DNA from: Candidatus Methanomethylicaceae archaeon
GTDB taxonomy: Archaea; Thermoproteota; Methanomethylicia; Methanomethylicales; Methanomethylicaceae
Direction of reading: 5' to 3'
NCBI GenBank assembly: GCA_025057955.1
Contig: JANXER010000001.1
Location: 46,917 to 110,916 of the forward strand
Length of the DNA stretch: 64,000 bases
The position numbers and the translations under genes are program-made. This document shows positions 28,309 through 38,430 of the stretch, piece by piece. Under the pieces are notes generated by a model that worked only from the letters and a program-made list of their open reading frames with translations, was not told the origin of the DNA and searched no databases. The stretch's first letter is position 1, and each line of letters begins with the position of its first letter.

Positions 28309-29061
28309 ATGTTTAGAGCAATACTATCAGATGGAAAGATTTGGAGGGATATAATAGAATCTATATCTATTTTAGTGGATGAAGGAGTATTCATAGCAGG
28401 ACCCAATGGAATAAGGCTGAGAGCTATGGATCCTTCAAGAGTAGCCATGGTGGATTTAGAATTGCCAGCTTCAGCTTTTGAATCATACGATTGTAAAGAT
28501 GAAATACCAATTGGAGTGAATTTTGATGATATGAAGAGTATTATGAAAAGGGTTAAAACTGATGAGAAGTTATCGCTTGAAAAAAGTGAGAGTGAGGCCA
28601 GATTAAAAATAAAATTCCTTGGAAAATTCACAAGAACTTTTTCATTGCCCCTTCTTGATATTGGAAAGGAGGAACTTTCCGTTCCAAAAATTACATTTTC
28701 AACAAATATAAAACTACTGGTATCTGCACTTGAAGATGCTATAAAGGATGCTGAGGTTGTGAGCGATTTCATTAAAATAATAGTGGAAAGAGATTTATTG
28801 AAAATAATTGCTTCAGGTGATAGAGGCGAAGTTGAAATAGAAATAACAAAAGATAGCGGTGAATTACTATCAATAGAGTTTAGTGAGCCTTCTCATGCAT
28901 TATATAGCTTAGCTTATCTTAAGAAGATGATGGTTGCCACTGATTTATCTGATGTATGCACTCTAATGTTTTCAACCGATATGCCATTGAGGCTTGATTT
29001 TAATATGGCAACTGGAGGAAAAATTACCTATTATCTAGCTCCAAGAATGGAGGCGGAATAA
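28309..29061 (+). CDS. pcn: DNA sliding clamp PCNA
   Basis: LRAMDPSRVAMVDL, DMPLRL, YYLAPR; start placed at ATG 28309 after GGTGAG. Confidence 0.95.
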   Translation: MFRAILSDGKIWRDIIESISILVDEGVFIAGPNGIRLRAMDPSRVAMVDLELPASAFESYDCKDEIPIGVNFDDMKSIMKRVKTDEKLSLEKSESEARLKIKFLGKFTRTFSLPLLDIGKEELSVPKITFSTNIKLLVSALEDAIKDAEVVSDFIKIIVERDLLKIIASGDRGEVEIEITKDSGELLSIEFSEPSHALYSLAYLKKMMVATDLSDVCTLMFSTDMPLRLDFNMATGGKITYYLAPRMEAE

Positions 29062-29071
29062 AACTCTAATT

Positions 29072-30082
29072 ATGTTGACCATAGAAGATTTAGCCAAATA
29101 TCCATTTTTGAATAAAGCTACTTCATATATAGCACAGTTTGGTTTAACATTAGATGATTTTTCCAGTGGAGAATTTAATAAAATAATCGATAGAGCATTA
29201 ATGAAGTTGAAATATGCTATCGAAGGGAAAATTCTTAGAATAGATTCCTCTGAACTTGATATTGAGATATTATCTCATGCCTTAGCGCTAGCATTAGCAT
29301 ATGGTATGAAAAATGCATGGATTGTAAGAAGGTTTGCTAATATTGAACAGAAGAAATGCTATGAATTAATGAAAGCGGAGGAATCGAAAAAGTTAATTGA
29401 AATAGCAAAGGATGGATTTGGCTGGAACCTTGAGTTAGCAGATATAAACGGCTATGATTTCAGTATGCCTTTGAATCAATTTCTTCAAATTGCTCCAAAA
29501 TTCCAATCTCAAAGTTGGAAGCTTGTTAACTTTATGGTTTCTAATGGAAAAGTTTACATCAAGAAGGAGAAGATCGCCAGGTTGCTATCTGAAGCTGTAA
29601 AAATCAAAATATTGAAAAAAATGGAGGAAGAGGAAGTTAAAAGAATGAAAATACCAGAGGAATTAGCCATCAAACTGAAGGATATTAAGAAACTCATTAG
29701 AAGTAGAAGGGAAATTATGGAAGAAAGGGAAGTTCCTAAAGAGGGAGCCATTCCTCCATGTATTTCAGCAATTATGAAGGATGTAAAAGAAGGAAAGCCA
29801 GTATCACATATGGCAAGATTTACAGTAACAGCCTTTCTATTAAACATAGGAATGAGTGTAGAAGAAATTTTCAATTTTTTCAAAAATATTGCAGATTTCG
29901 ATGAAAATAAGGCGCTATATCAAATAAGACATATTGCAGGTATGATTGGATCCAAAACAAAATATATTCCACCAAAGTGTGAAGTTCTAAAATCCTCAGG
30001 GCTTTGTATAAATCAAGATAAATATTGTGAAAAGGTAAAACATCCTTTACAATACTATAAAATAAGGAGGAAAGGCTTGTGA
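29072..30082 (+). CDS. priL: DNA primase large subunit
   Basis: DLAKYPF, WKLVN, PPCI, HMARF, YQIRHIAG, Y.PPKC, HPLQYY. Confidence 0.92.
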   Translation: MLTIEDLAKYPFLNKATSYIAQFGLTLDDFSSGEFNKIIDRALMKLKYAIEGKILRIDSSELDIEILSHALALALAYGMKNAWIVRRFANIEQKKCYELMKAEESKKLIEIAKDGFGWNLELADINGYDFSMPLNQFLQIAPKFQSQSWKLVNFMVSNGKVYIKKEKIARLLSEAVKIKILKKMEEEEVKRMKIPEELAIKLKDIKKLIRSRREIMEEREVPKEGAIPPCISAIMKDVKEGKPVSHMARFTVTAFLLNIGMSVEEIFNFFKNIADFDENKALYQIRHIAGMIGSKTKYIPPKCEVLKSSGLCINQDKYCEKVKHPLQYYKIRRKGL

Positions 30083-31296
30083 ATATAATATTTCAAGCAT
30101 TCAAGAGATATTATAGCAATATAAATCCTAGCGATTTACATATAATCGAGTTAGAAAAGAGGGAAATAGCATTAATACCATTTAAAGAGGAAAGGATGAT
30201 TAGACATATTAGTTTTAAGGATCTTACTTCCTTGAAAAATTATTTAGAGAATAATGTTCCTTTACATTTATACTATTCATCAGCATATTATGGGAATCCT
30301 CAAGCAGAAGATATGAATGCTAAATGCTGGGAAGGAGCTGATTTAATATTTGATGTAGATGCCGATCACATACCTACGGATTGTAAAAATTTACATGATA
30401 AATGGTTTTGCTTAAATTGTAATGAATATGGTTTTGGAGTACCTCCAGAGGATTGTCCAAAATGTAAGCAAAGGAAAATAGATGTAACTACATGGATTTG
30501 TGAGAAATGTCTTGATATTGCAAAAGAGGAGGTATTGAAGCTAATAGATGAATATTTAGTTCCAGATTTTGGCATTAACAGCAAGGATATAGAGATTTGT
30601 TTTTCAGGACATAGGGGATATCATATTCACATTCAATTGGAGGATTTTAGGAAACTTAGTGGCGATGGAAGAAGGGAGATAGCAGATTATGTTAGAGGAA
30701 TAGGAATTGATTTAAGAGCTCATGGATTGAGATTAATTAATGGAATAGTTTTTGGACCGGATATTAGAGATCCTGGATGGAGAGGAAGAATTGCTAGAGC
30801 ATTTTATGAATATATTAGTAAATCTTCAATAGAGGAACTTGAAAAGATATTAGGTAAAAAAGCAGAATTAATAATTAGTAAAAGGGAAAAAATTCTTGAT
30901 AGTATGATGATGAATGGTACAAAGTGGTTTATTCCTAAAGGGATTGGAATAAAAAAAATTTCAAAAATAGTAGAAGTGGCAATAAAACGAAATTTATGTA
31001 ATATTGATGAGAGGGTAACCATAGATATCAAAAGATTAATAAGATATCCAAATAGTCTACATGGAAAGACTGGATTAAAAGTATGTAGGCTTAGTTATAG
31101 TAATTTAAATAAATTTGATCCATTAAAGGATGCGGTTGTATTTAAATCTGGAAGTATTAAGATATATGTAAAGGAAGTGCCAAAGATAAGAATGGAGGAT
31201 TATGAATTAGGACCTATAAAGAATGAAGTTTTAGAGGTTCCAGAAAGCTTAGCCATATATTTAATATGTAAGGGTGCTGCGGAGATGGGAAAGTGA
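30079..31296 (+). CDS. priS: DNA primase small subunit
   Basis: YYSSAYY, DLIFDVDADH, FSGHRGYHIH, IDERVTIDIKRLIRYPNSLHGK. Confidence 0.94.
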   Translation: MNIIFQAFKRYYSNINPSDLHIIELEKREIALIPFKEERMIRHISFKDLTSLKNYLENNVPLHLYYSSAYYGNPQAEDMNAKCWEGADLIFDVDADHIPTDCKNLHDKWFCLNCNEYGFGVPPEDCPKCKQRKIDVTTWICEKCLDIAKEEVLKLIDEYLVPDFGINSKDIEICFSGHRGYHIHIQLEDFRKLSGDGRREIADYVRGIGIDLRAHGLRLINGIVFGPDIRDPGWRGRIARAFYEYISKSSIEELEKILGKKAELIISKREKILDSMMMNGTKWFIPKGIGIKKISKIVEVAIKRNLCNIDERVTIDIKRLIRYPNSLHGKTGLKVCRLSYSNLNKFDPLKDAVVFKSGSIKIYVKEVPKIRMEDYELGPIKNEVLEVPESLAIYLICKGAAEMGK

Positions 31297-31754
31297 GCTA
31301 TAAGAAGCTTCTTGAACTTTGGATAAATGAGCGTGAAAGCAAGGAGTTGGTAGAGCTTAGTAAGGAAACCATAGAAGAATTGAAGAATTATTTGGAATCA
31401 TTAGAGGAGATGGAAGATGAGTTAAAAGAATTGAGAGAAATTGAAATTCAAAGAGTTAAATGGCTTCTGAATAATATAAAACAAATTAGAAGAGAGAAAA
31501 TTATTAAAAAAATGATGGAGAAAGCTGAAATTGATGATTTTTTCAGTAAGCTTAATTTAACATTAGGAAAAAGAGCTACGAAAAAGATATTAGTAAGAAT
31601 TCTTCAAGATGTTCCATCATTTGTAGGAGCAGATATGAAAATATATGGCCCCTATAAGGCGGAGGATGTAGTACTATTGCCTGAACAAAATGCAGAAGCA
31701 TTAATAAAGAGGGGAATGGCTATCATAATAGAAAGGGGGAATGATGAAGTATGA
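31293..31754 (+). CDS. GINS subunit Gins51
   Basis: Helical A domain (IRREKI) plus B domain VPSFVGADMKIYGPYKAEDVVLLP..NA..L; position after priS. Confidence 0.85.
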   Translation: MSYKKLLELWINERESKELVELSKETIEELKNYLESLEEMEDELKELREIEIQRVKWLLNNIKQIRREKIIKKMMEKAEIDDFFSKLNLTLGKRATKKILVRILQDVPSFVGADMKIYGPYKAEDVVLLPEQNAEALIKRGMAIIIERGNDEV

Positions 31755-32026
31755 AAGTACCAAAGGAAATAAGAACCTATTGTCCAAGATGTAAAACTCA
31801 TACCACTCATACAGTGACACTTTATAAAAAAGGTAGAGATAGAGCTTTAGCCGAAGGTGCAAGAAGATATGAGAGAAAAAAGAAAGGATATGGTAGTTCA
31901 AGAAAACCAGTTCAAAAGAGGTTTGCAAAAACTACAAAAAAACTTAGTCTAAAGTTGAAATGTAAAAAATGTGGCTATCAAAAGCAAAGAAGAGGAATAA
32001 GAATAAAGAAATTAGAAATTGTATGA
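31751..32026 (+). CDS. rpl44e: 50S ribosomal protein L44e
   Basis: MKVPK..RTYCPRCKTHT.H, KGYGS, AKTTKK, CKKCG. Confidence 0.95.
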   Translation: MKVPKEIRTYCPRCKTHTTHTVTLYKKGRDRALAEGARRYERKKKGYGSSRKPVQKRFAKTTKKLSLKLKCKKCGYQKQRRGIRIKKLEIV

Positions 32027-32036
32027 GGGGAGCTAT

Positions 32037-32237
32037 TTGAGAAAAAGAGAAATTTTAACACCATCGCCAAAAAGTAAGTTTCTTAAGATTAAATGTTCAG
32101 ATTGTGGTAATGAACAAATAATATTCTCTCATGCATCCACCTTAGTTAAGTGTAATATTTGTAATAAGGAATTAGCAATGCCAACGGGAGGAAAAGCAAA
32201 AATTTTAGCTGATAAAATCAAGGAAATCTTAGAGTAA
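32037..32237 (+). CDS. rps27e: 30S ribosomal protein S27e
   Basis: PKSKFLKIKCSDCGNEQIIFSHA, CNIC, PTGGKA; TTG 32037 after GAGGGGA. Confidence 0.93.
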   Translation: MRKREILTPSPKSKFLKIKCSDCGNEQIIFSHASTLVKCNICNKELAMPTGGKAKILADKIKEILE

Positions 32238-33020
32238 TTGGTGGATAATTTGACCTTGAAAAAAAGGGATTTTCCTGAAGTGGGGGAGCTTGTAATTGCA
32301 ACCCCCACTAAGATCTATGATCATGGTGCCTATGTAAATCTAGATGAGTTTGATAAAGTGGGCTATGTTCCAATAGGTGAGGTAGCATCCACTTGGGTCA
32401 AAAATATAAGAGATTACATAAAGGAAGGACATAAACTTGTGCTCAAAGTAATAAGGGTTGATGAAAAAAAGGGCCATATAGATCTCTCCCTTAAAAAAGT
32501 CACAGATAGAGAGAGAAAAGAGAAATTAATACAATGGAAGAGATCAAAGAAGGCTGAAAAAATACTAGAAGAGGCAGCATTAGAGTTAAAGAAAACTATG
32601 AAGGAGGCAATAGAAAAAGTTGGAATACCCTTGGAGGATCGCTTTGGAGATTTGTATGCTGCAATGGAGGCCTCAGTAGTAAATGGACCAAAGGCCCTTG
32701 TTGAGGTAGGAATATCAGAAGCTTGGGCAAAAAAAATCTATGAAATTGCAAAACATCATATAGAGCTGCCAACTGTAAAAATCTCAGGAATTTTAACTTT
32801 AAAATCAACAAAGCCTAGAGGCATGGAAGATATTAAAACTGCATTATTACTAGGAGAGGAAAAAGAAGGCGTAGAAATCACTAATTTAGGCTCACCAAGG
32901 TATAGAATTGAAGTTACAGCTAGGGATTATAAAACAGCTGAGGCAATATTAAAGGAAACCGTAGATAAAATAATAAATAAAATTACAGAGCTAGGAGGCA
33001 CAGGATCTTTTACTAGGTGA
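32238..33020 (+). CDS. eif2a: Translation initiation factor 2 alpha subunit
   Basis: FPEVGELV, S1 domain GAYVNLDE, KVIRVD..KGHIDLSLK, GSPRYRI. Confidence 0.95.
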   Translation: MVDNLTLKKRDFPEVGELVIATPTKIYDHGAYVNLDEFDKVGYVPIGEVASTWVKNIRDYIKEGHKLVLKVIRVDEKKGHIDLSLKKVTDRERKEKLIQWKRSKKAEKILEEAALELKKTMKEAIEKVGIPLEDRFGDLYAAMEASVVNGPKALVEVGISEAWAKKIYEIAKHHIELPTVKISGILTLKSTKPRGMEDIKTALLLGEEKEGVEITNLGSPRYRIEVTARDYKTAEAILKETVDKIINKITELGGTGSFTR

Positions 33021-33026
33021 ATCTAA

Positions 33027-33200
33027 TTGAAAATAAAAATGTTAAAGTGTAAGTCCTGCGGAGAATATACTTTAAGAAGTGATAAATGCCCATATTGTGG
33101 CGGAGCTTTAAGAAGCCCTCATCCCGCTAGATTTTCTCCAGATGATAAATATAGTAAATATAGATTGAAGTTAATTCTATCAGAAAAAACTCAAGAATAA
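33027..33200 (+). CDS. nop10: H/ACA RNP protein Nop10 (57 aa; not in ORF track)
   Basis: My translation MKIKMLKCKSCGEYTLRSDKCPYCGGALRSPHPARFSPDDKYSKYRLKLILSEKTQE; canonical position after aIF2a. Confidence 0.93.
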   Translation: MKIKMLKCKSCGEYTLRSDKCPYCGGALRSPHPARFSPDDKYSKYRLKLILSEKTQE

Positions 33201-35197
33201 TTCACTTTGTATATTAATACCCAATAATTATTTGAGTGATAAACAAGTTCAAAATTCTCGAGAGGTTCTATGTAAACACCTAGCAATTTATTATAACCTT
33301 CTCTGAAGGGATGGAATAGGAGCTTATAGAGAAGAGTTGATGATGCTTTAGAGCCTACTGGAAGAGGATAGTTTATTGTTCTACCACCTACATTTAAAGG
33401 TAAATATCCAATGTAATTCTTTACGTCATAGCCAGCTATTGCCATCATAGCTGTTGATTTCTCAAAATCTCCAATCACAGACCATGGAGGCAATCCTATT
33501 AAGGGATCTGTTGCAGCAATAAGCCATGGTTCAAATACAACTACATATTCTACTCTCATCATTTTAAATATTTCTAATCCATAATTTTCATCATTTAAAA
33601 AGGCTTCAGCAATTAATTTTATTTGAGTTCCATTTATTGTGGAATTATCAGCTATAACAGATTTATTGGCTATTACATTTATCCAATAACCATAATCCCA
33701 CCAACATCCAACTATACTACTTTGTGGTATGTTATCCCTCATCCAGTTTAATGCATCTATCCAATCATTAATACTAGCAGCATATCCAGTGCATCCTGAG
33801 ACCAACATTACAGGTCTACTTGAGGCTCTTATGCTCGAATATACTGCAGGAACAAAACCAGCAGCAATTATTATTAAAATTATAATTCCATAAACTCTTC
33901 CCAATTGTTTGGCACGAGCTTTTTTACTCTTAGTATTACTCTTAGTAGCTTCTTTTTTAGTAAATCGATGAATTATATTATTTATAGCTAATCCACTGAG
34001 CATTGCAATAGCTGGAGCAACAATTATTAGAAGCCTTATGTATATTGCTGCACCATAAACAGCCATTAATGCAAATAGAAAAATGAATATATCTTCACTT
34101 TTCATCCCTTTAAGTGCAAAATAAGCTCCTGCTGGTGCTAATAATATCAAGATGTGATAATTATAGAAAAATGCAGCCCATGTTGCTGGAAATTGCTCGC
34201 CCACAGTTCCAACTATAGGTGCTTCTAATCTAGCAAGAGGATTTACGAATAATAAAAACTTCCCAGCAATTGGACCAAGCACTCCACTTAGCACTAAAAT
34301 TATGGCAATTGTAATTATTGAAAAAACTCCACCTATAACAACCTTTCTTCTTAAGTTTTTATCTTGAATGAAGGAAGTTGCTGCCATAACAAGGCATGTT
34401 ATAAATGAGGTCATTGGAGCTGCAGTATAGGGAGATATGGCAGCGTAAATACCAATGTTTGGAGATAATGCCATTGAAAACATAGCAATAGAAGAGATTA
34501 TGGTTATTACAATAGAGAGACGGAAGTTCCATCTTCCAAGTAAAACTAATACTATAGTGTAAAGAGCGAGAAAATTAAGTGGATAAAGATAAGCCCCCCA
34601 ACATATCACCATATATCCAAGAGCTAATCCAGAAATTATTGCATAAGGTATGGTCTTGGACTTCAAAGCTTTTACAAAAAAGACTAATGATATAAACATC
34701 CCCAATAATCCTGTAGCTTCAGTGTCAAAAAATCCAAGACCAGTTCTTTGTATTGAAGTGGGATCTATTGCGAAAACAAATGCAGAAAACAATCCAACAA
34801 AACTATTTACAAGCTCCTTTCCTAGTATAAATATCAATAATGTTAAAATTGCTCCAGAAAGTATAGGAAAGAAGGCTAGTGCTTCTTGTAGTGTTACATT
34901 TATTCCAATTTGTTTAAGAAAAATATAAAATAATGCTCCAGTAAAAGGAGGGCCTAATTGTGCAGATTTTGGTACATCAGTTCCCCAAGGGGCCCATCTT
35001 GTAGGATCAAACCAAGAAAACCATGAAGAAAAACCATTTTCCAATATATACATAGCACCTTTATAATGAATATATGGATCAAATTCATCAAGATAAACTC
35101 CCCAGCGCATAGGAAGCAATCTTATTATAACTGCTAAGGATATTATTCCAATGAGTATAATATATGTCATAGTTTTTCTCAAATTTAAGATTCTCAT
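33191..35197 (-). CDS. aglB: Oligosaccharyltransferase AglB (STT3)
   Basis: EFDPY, GFFDTE, TVGEQ, WWDYG, DNST, DFEK motifs; many TM helices; start placed at ATG 35197 after AGAGG. Confidence 0.93.
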   Translation of the reverse strand: MRILNLRKTMTYIILIGIISLAVIIRLLPMRWGVYLDEFDPYIHYKGAMYILENGFSSWFSWFDPTRWAPWGTDVPKSAQLGPPFTGALFYIFLKQIGINVTLQEALAFFPILSGAILTLLIFILGKELVNSFVGLFSAFVFAIDPTSIQRTGLGFFDTEATGLLGMFISLVFFVKALKSKTIPYAIISGLALGYMVICWGAYLYPLNFLALYTIVLVLLGRWNFRLSIVITIISSIAMFSMALSPNIGIYAAISPYTAAPMTSFITCLVMAATSFIQDKNLRRKVVIGGVFSIITIAIILVLSGVLGPIAGKFLLFVNPLARLEAPIVGTVGEQFPATWAAFFYNYHILILLAPAGAYFALKGMKSEDIFIFLFALMAVYGAAIYIRLLIIVAPAIAMLSGLAINNIIHRFTKKEATKSNTKSKKARAKQLGRVYGIIILIIIAAGFVPAVYSSIRASSRPVMLVSGCTGYAASINDWIDALNWMRDNIPQSSIVGCWWDYGYWINVIANKSVIADNSTINGTQIKLIAEAFLNDENYGLEIFKMMRVEYVVVFEPWLIAATDPLIGLPPWSVIGDFEKSTAMMAIAGYDVKNYIGYLPLNVGGRTINYPLPVGSKASSTLLYKLLFHPFREGYNKLLGVYIEPLENFELVYHSNNYWVLIYKVNYS

Positions 35198-35293
35198 GAT
35201 ACTACCTCTTTCAATAAACTTCATATAATAGAAACATTTAAACCCTATGGTTAAATATGAAAGTTCAATAGAACTGCATAAACGTGATTGTAT

Positions 35294-38200
35294 ATGATTG
35301 GCCTCCTTCCAAAAGAGTATAATGCTAAAAAAATCGAGGAAGAAATTCATTATTTCTGGGAGAGAAATAGGATATATGAGGAATCAAAAGTTAAAAGAGG
35401 AGATAAATTCTATTTCTTGGATGGTCCTCCATATGTAACTAATCCTATTCATGTGGGAACCGCTTGGAACAAAATTCTCAAGGATGTTTACATTAGGTAC
35501 TTTAAGATGAGGGGTTATGAAGTAAGAGATCAACCAGGCTTTGATATGCATGGACTTCCAATAGAAGTAATGGTTGAGAAGAAGCTCGGAATAAAAAGTA
35601 AGAAGGAAATAGAGGAAATGGGAATTGATAATTTTGTAAATGCATGTAAGCAATTTGCATTGGAAAATTTGAAAATTGCAACAAAACAATTCAAAAATTT
35701 AGGAATTTGGATGGAATGGGATAAACCATATAGAACGATAGATAATAGTTACATAGAATCTGTTTGGTGGTTGATAAAAAGAGCATATGAAAAGGGTTTG
35801 CTTGCTCAAGGAAAAAAGATAGTGCATTGGTGCCCAAGATGCGAAACTGTACTTGCGGGATATGAAGTAACAGAGGAATATAAAGAGATTGAAGAGGATT
35901 CCATATATGTTAAATTTAGGATTGAAGGAAGAGAAAATGAGTATATAGTAATATGGACAACTACTCCATGGACGCTTCCAGCGAATTTAGCAGTAATGGT
36001 TAATCCAAATTTCATTTATGCTAAAGTGAAGATAGAAAATGAATATTATATCATGGCTGAAGAACGAGTTCCATATGTGCTTAATGGATTGAAATATGAA
36101 ATTATAGAGAAAATCCCAGGAAGTGCACTAGAGTGGTTGAAATACATACCTCCTTTAATTGATGAAGTACCAGAGCAGAAAAAGTTTTCAGCTCACTTTG
36201 TAGTATTGAGTGAAACCTATGTTACATTAGAGGAGGGCACAGGATGTGTTCATGTGGCACCAGGACATGGAGAGGAGGACTTTGAGATTGGAAGGATTTA
36301 TGGTCTTCCAGAATTCTGTCCTGTTGATGAAAGAGGTAGATTTACTATAGAAGGAGGAAAGTACTTTGGAAAAACTGTAAGAGAAGCAAATGAAGAAATT
36401 ATAAGAGATTTAGAGAGAAAAGGACTTCTTTTGAAGAAAGAAAGGATGAAACATAGATATCCACATTGTTGGAGGTGTAAAACTCCATTAATATTAAGAC
36501 TTGCGAATCAATGGTTCATAAAGGTCACCAGTATAAAGGAGAAAATGCTTGAGGAAAATGAAAAGGTCATTTGGGTTCCAGAATGGGCGGGTAAATCGAG
36601 ATTTGGAAATTGGATAAAGAATGCAAAGGATTGGGTGATTTCAAGGCAAAGATATTGGGGAATTCCTCTGCCCATATGGATTTGTGAAAAATGTGGAGAA
36701 TATGAAGTAATAGGATCAATATTTGAGCTTAAGAATAAAGCTGATTTCATTCCTAATGATATAGATTTACACAGACCCTGGGTGGATAATATTAACATAA
36801 GGTGCGAATGTGGAAATAAAATGAAAAGGGTTAGTGATGTTGTGGATGTTTGGATGGATTCTGGTGCAGCATCCTTTGCATCCTTGAACTATCCATTAAT
36901 AAAGGAGGAATGGGAGAAATGGTGGCCGGTAGATCTTGTGCTTGAGGGACATGATCAAACAAGAGGATGGTTCTATACGCTAATGATATGTAGCATTATA
37001 GCTTTTGATTCAGCACCTTATAAGAGGGTATTAATGCATGGCTTCACAGTGGATCAAGAAGGAAGAGCAATGCATAAGTCTCTAGGCAATGTGATTTATC
37101 CTGAGGAAGTAATAGAAAAATATGGTAGAGATGCATTAAGATGGTATGAGCTTGGATGTACAACATGGGAGGATCTTAGATTTACATGGAAGAGTATTGA
37201 GGATGTTTCAAGGTTTATAAATATACTTTGGAATACATACTATTTTGCTAGTCTTTATATGAATTTAGACAAATTTTCCCCAGAAAATTATACTTTTGAA
37301 ATTTTCAGGGATGAGGATAAATGGATATTATCAAAGTTTACACATCTAGTAAAAAAAGTCACAGAAAGTATGGAAAATCTCTGCGTCTTTGATGCTGTAA
37401 GAGAGCTTGAGCATTTTATGAAGGAGGAACTCAGTAGATGGTATATTAAAATAATAAGAAGGAGAATATGGAAGGAGATGGAAGATCCTGATAAAACTTC
37501 GGCATATTTGACAATGTACGAAGTTTTATTCAATTTCTTGAAAATGATTGCACCAATAATGCCCTTTATTTCTGAGAAGATATATCAAGAAGTATTTAGA
37601 AAATTGCCAAAGATGCCAATAAGTGTACATTTACTAGATTGGCCTAAAATCGATGATAAAATGAGGGATGAAGAATTAGAGGAAGATATGGAAATTGTAA
37701 AAGAAATTGTAGAGAAATCTTATGGAATTAGACAAAGTTCTAAAATAAAAATAAGACAACCTTTAAGGAAGCTCATAGTTGTTTCTAATGATGAAAAAGT
37801 GATAAGAGCAATATCTAGACTTAAGAGCATTATATTGGATCAAGCTAATGTGAAGGATGTGGAGATTGTATTACCAGAGGAGGAGAAAATAAGAGCTTAT
37901 TCTCTTGTACCTAATTTTTCAGTAATAGGACCTATGTATAGAGAGAGAAGTAAAGATATTGCAAAGCTAATAACCAATATGAATGCAGAAGAAGTAATGA
38001 AGGCACTAAAGGAGGGATTGCCAATAATTGTGGAATTTGAGGGAGAGAAAATTGAACTTAAAAAAGATTATTTCATTATAAAACAAGTTCTTCCAGAAAA
38101 TTATAGAGAGGAGAATTTCAGCCTTGGAACAATTTATATGGATATTACTAAGGATGAAGAGTTAATAGTAGAAGGACTTATGAGAGATATAATAAGAAGA

Positions 38201-38425
38201 GTACAAGAAATGAGAAAGCGAGCGGATTTGAAAGTAGATGCCTATATAAAAGTTTGGATAAGCACTTATTCTGAAGAAATTAAAAATGTAATCAATAGGA
38301 AGAAAGCTGAAATATCTGCAGAGGTTAGAGCTAGGGAAATCATAATGGAAAGGGGAGGAAGATATATAGAGGATTGGGAAATAGAAGGAGAAATTATTAC
38401 AATAGGAATAGAAGAGGTTGATTAA
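35294..38425 (+). CDS. ileS: Isoleucine--tRNA ligase
   Basis: FLDGPPY, HVGT, WTTTPWTLP, GTGCVHVAPGHG, DWVISRQRYWG, EGHDQTRGWFY, AMHKS. Confidence 0.96.
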   Translation: MIGLLPKEYNAKKIEEEIHYFWERNRIYEESKVKRGDKFYFLDGPPYVTNPIHVGTAWNKILKDVYIRYFKMRGYEVRDQPGFDMHGLPIEVMVEKKLGIKSKKEIEEMGIDNFVNACKQFALENLKIATKQFKNLGIWMEWDKPYRTIDNSYIESVWWLIKRAYEKGLLAQGKKIVHWCPRCETVLAGYEVTEEYKEIEEDSIYVKFRIEGRENEYIVIWTTTPWTLPANLAVMVNPNFIYAKVKIENEYYIMAEERVPYVLNGLKYEIIEKIPGSALEWLKYIPPLIDEVPEQKKFSAHFVVLSETYVTLEEGTGCVHVAPGHGEEDFEIGRIYGLPEFCPVDERGRFTIEGGKYFGKTVREANEEIIRDLERKGLLLKKERMKHRYPHCWRCKTPLILRLANQWFIKVTSIKEKMLEENEKVIWVPEWAGKSRFGNWIKNAKDWVISRQRYWGIPLPIWICEKCGEYEVIGSIFELKNKADFIPNDIDLHRPWVDNINIRCECGNKMKRVSDVVDVWMDSGAASFASLNYPLIKEEWEKWWPVDLVLEGHDQTRGWFYTLMICSIIAFDSAPYKRVLMHGFTVDQEGRAMHKSLGNVIYPEEVIEKYGRDALRWYELGCTTWEDLRFTWKSIEDVSRFINILWNTYYFASLYMNLDKFSPENYTFEIFRDEDKWILSKFTHLVKKVTESMENLCVFDAVRELEHFMKEELSRWYIKIIRRRIWKEMEDPDKTSAYLTMYEVLFNFLKMIAPIMPFISEKIYQEVFRKLPKMPISVHLLDWPKIDDKMRDEELEEDMEIVKEIVEKSYGIRQSSKIKIRQPLRKLIVVSNDEKVIRAISRLKSIILDQANVKDVEIVLPEEEKIRAYSLVPNFSVIGPMYRERSKDIAKLITNMNAEEVMKALKEGLPIIVEFEGEKIELKKDYFIIKQVLPENYREENFSLGTIYMDITKDEELIVEGLMRDIIRRVQEMRKRADLKVDAYIKVWISTYSEEIKNVINRKKAEISAEVRAREIIMERGGRYIEDWEIEGEIITIGIEEVD

Positions 38426-38430
38426 ATTAA

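Noticed and set aside
28230-28772. 180-aa minus-strand ORF (likewise 38427-38837, 45919-46320, 4480-4821 and other short antisense ORFs)
   Set aside because: Antisense to well-supported genes, with Ser/Ile/Phe-rich shadow composition and no motifs
35198-35350. Apparent N-terminal extension of AglB overlapping ileS
   Set aside because: Longest-ORF artefact; ATG 35197 has an SD-like motif and removes the overlap
37066-37083. IleRS KMSKS motif reads AMHKS
   Set aside because: MHKS variants are, as I recall, ordinary in crenarchaeal-type IleRS, and all other motifs are intact
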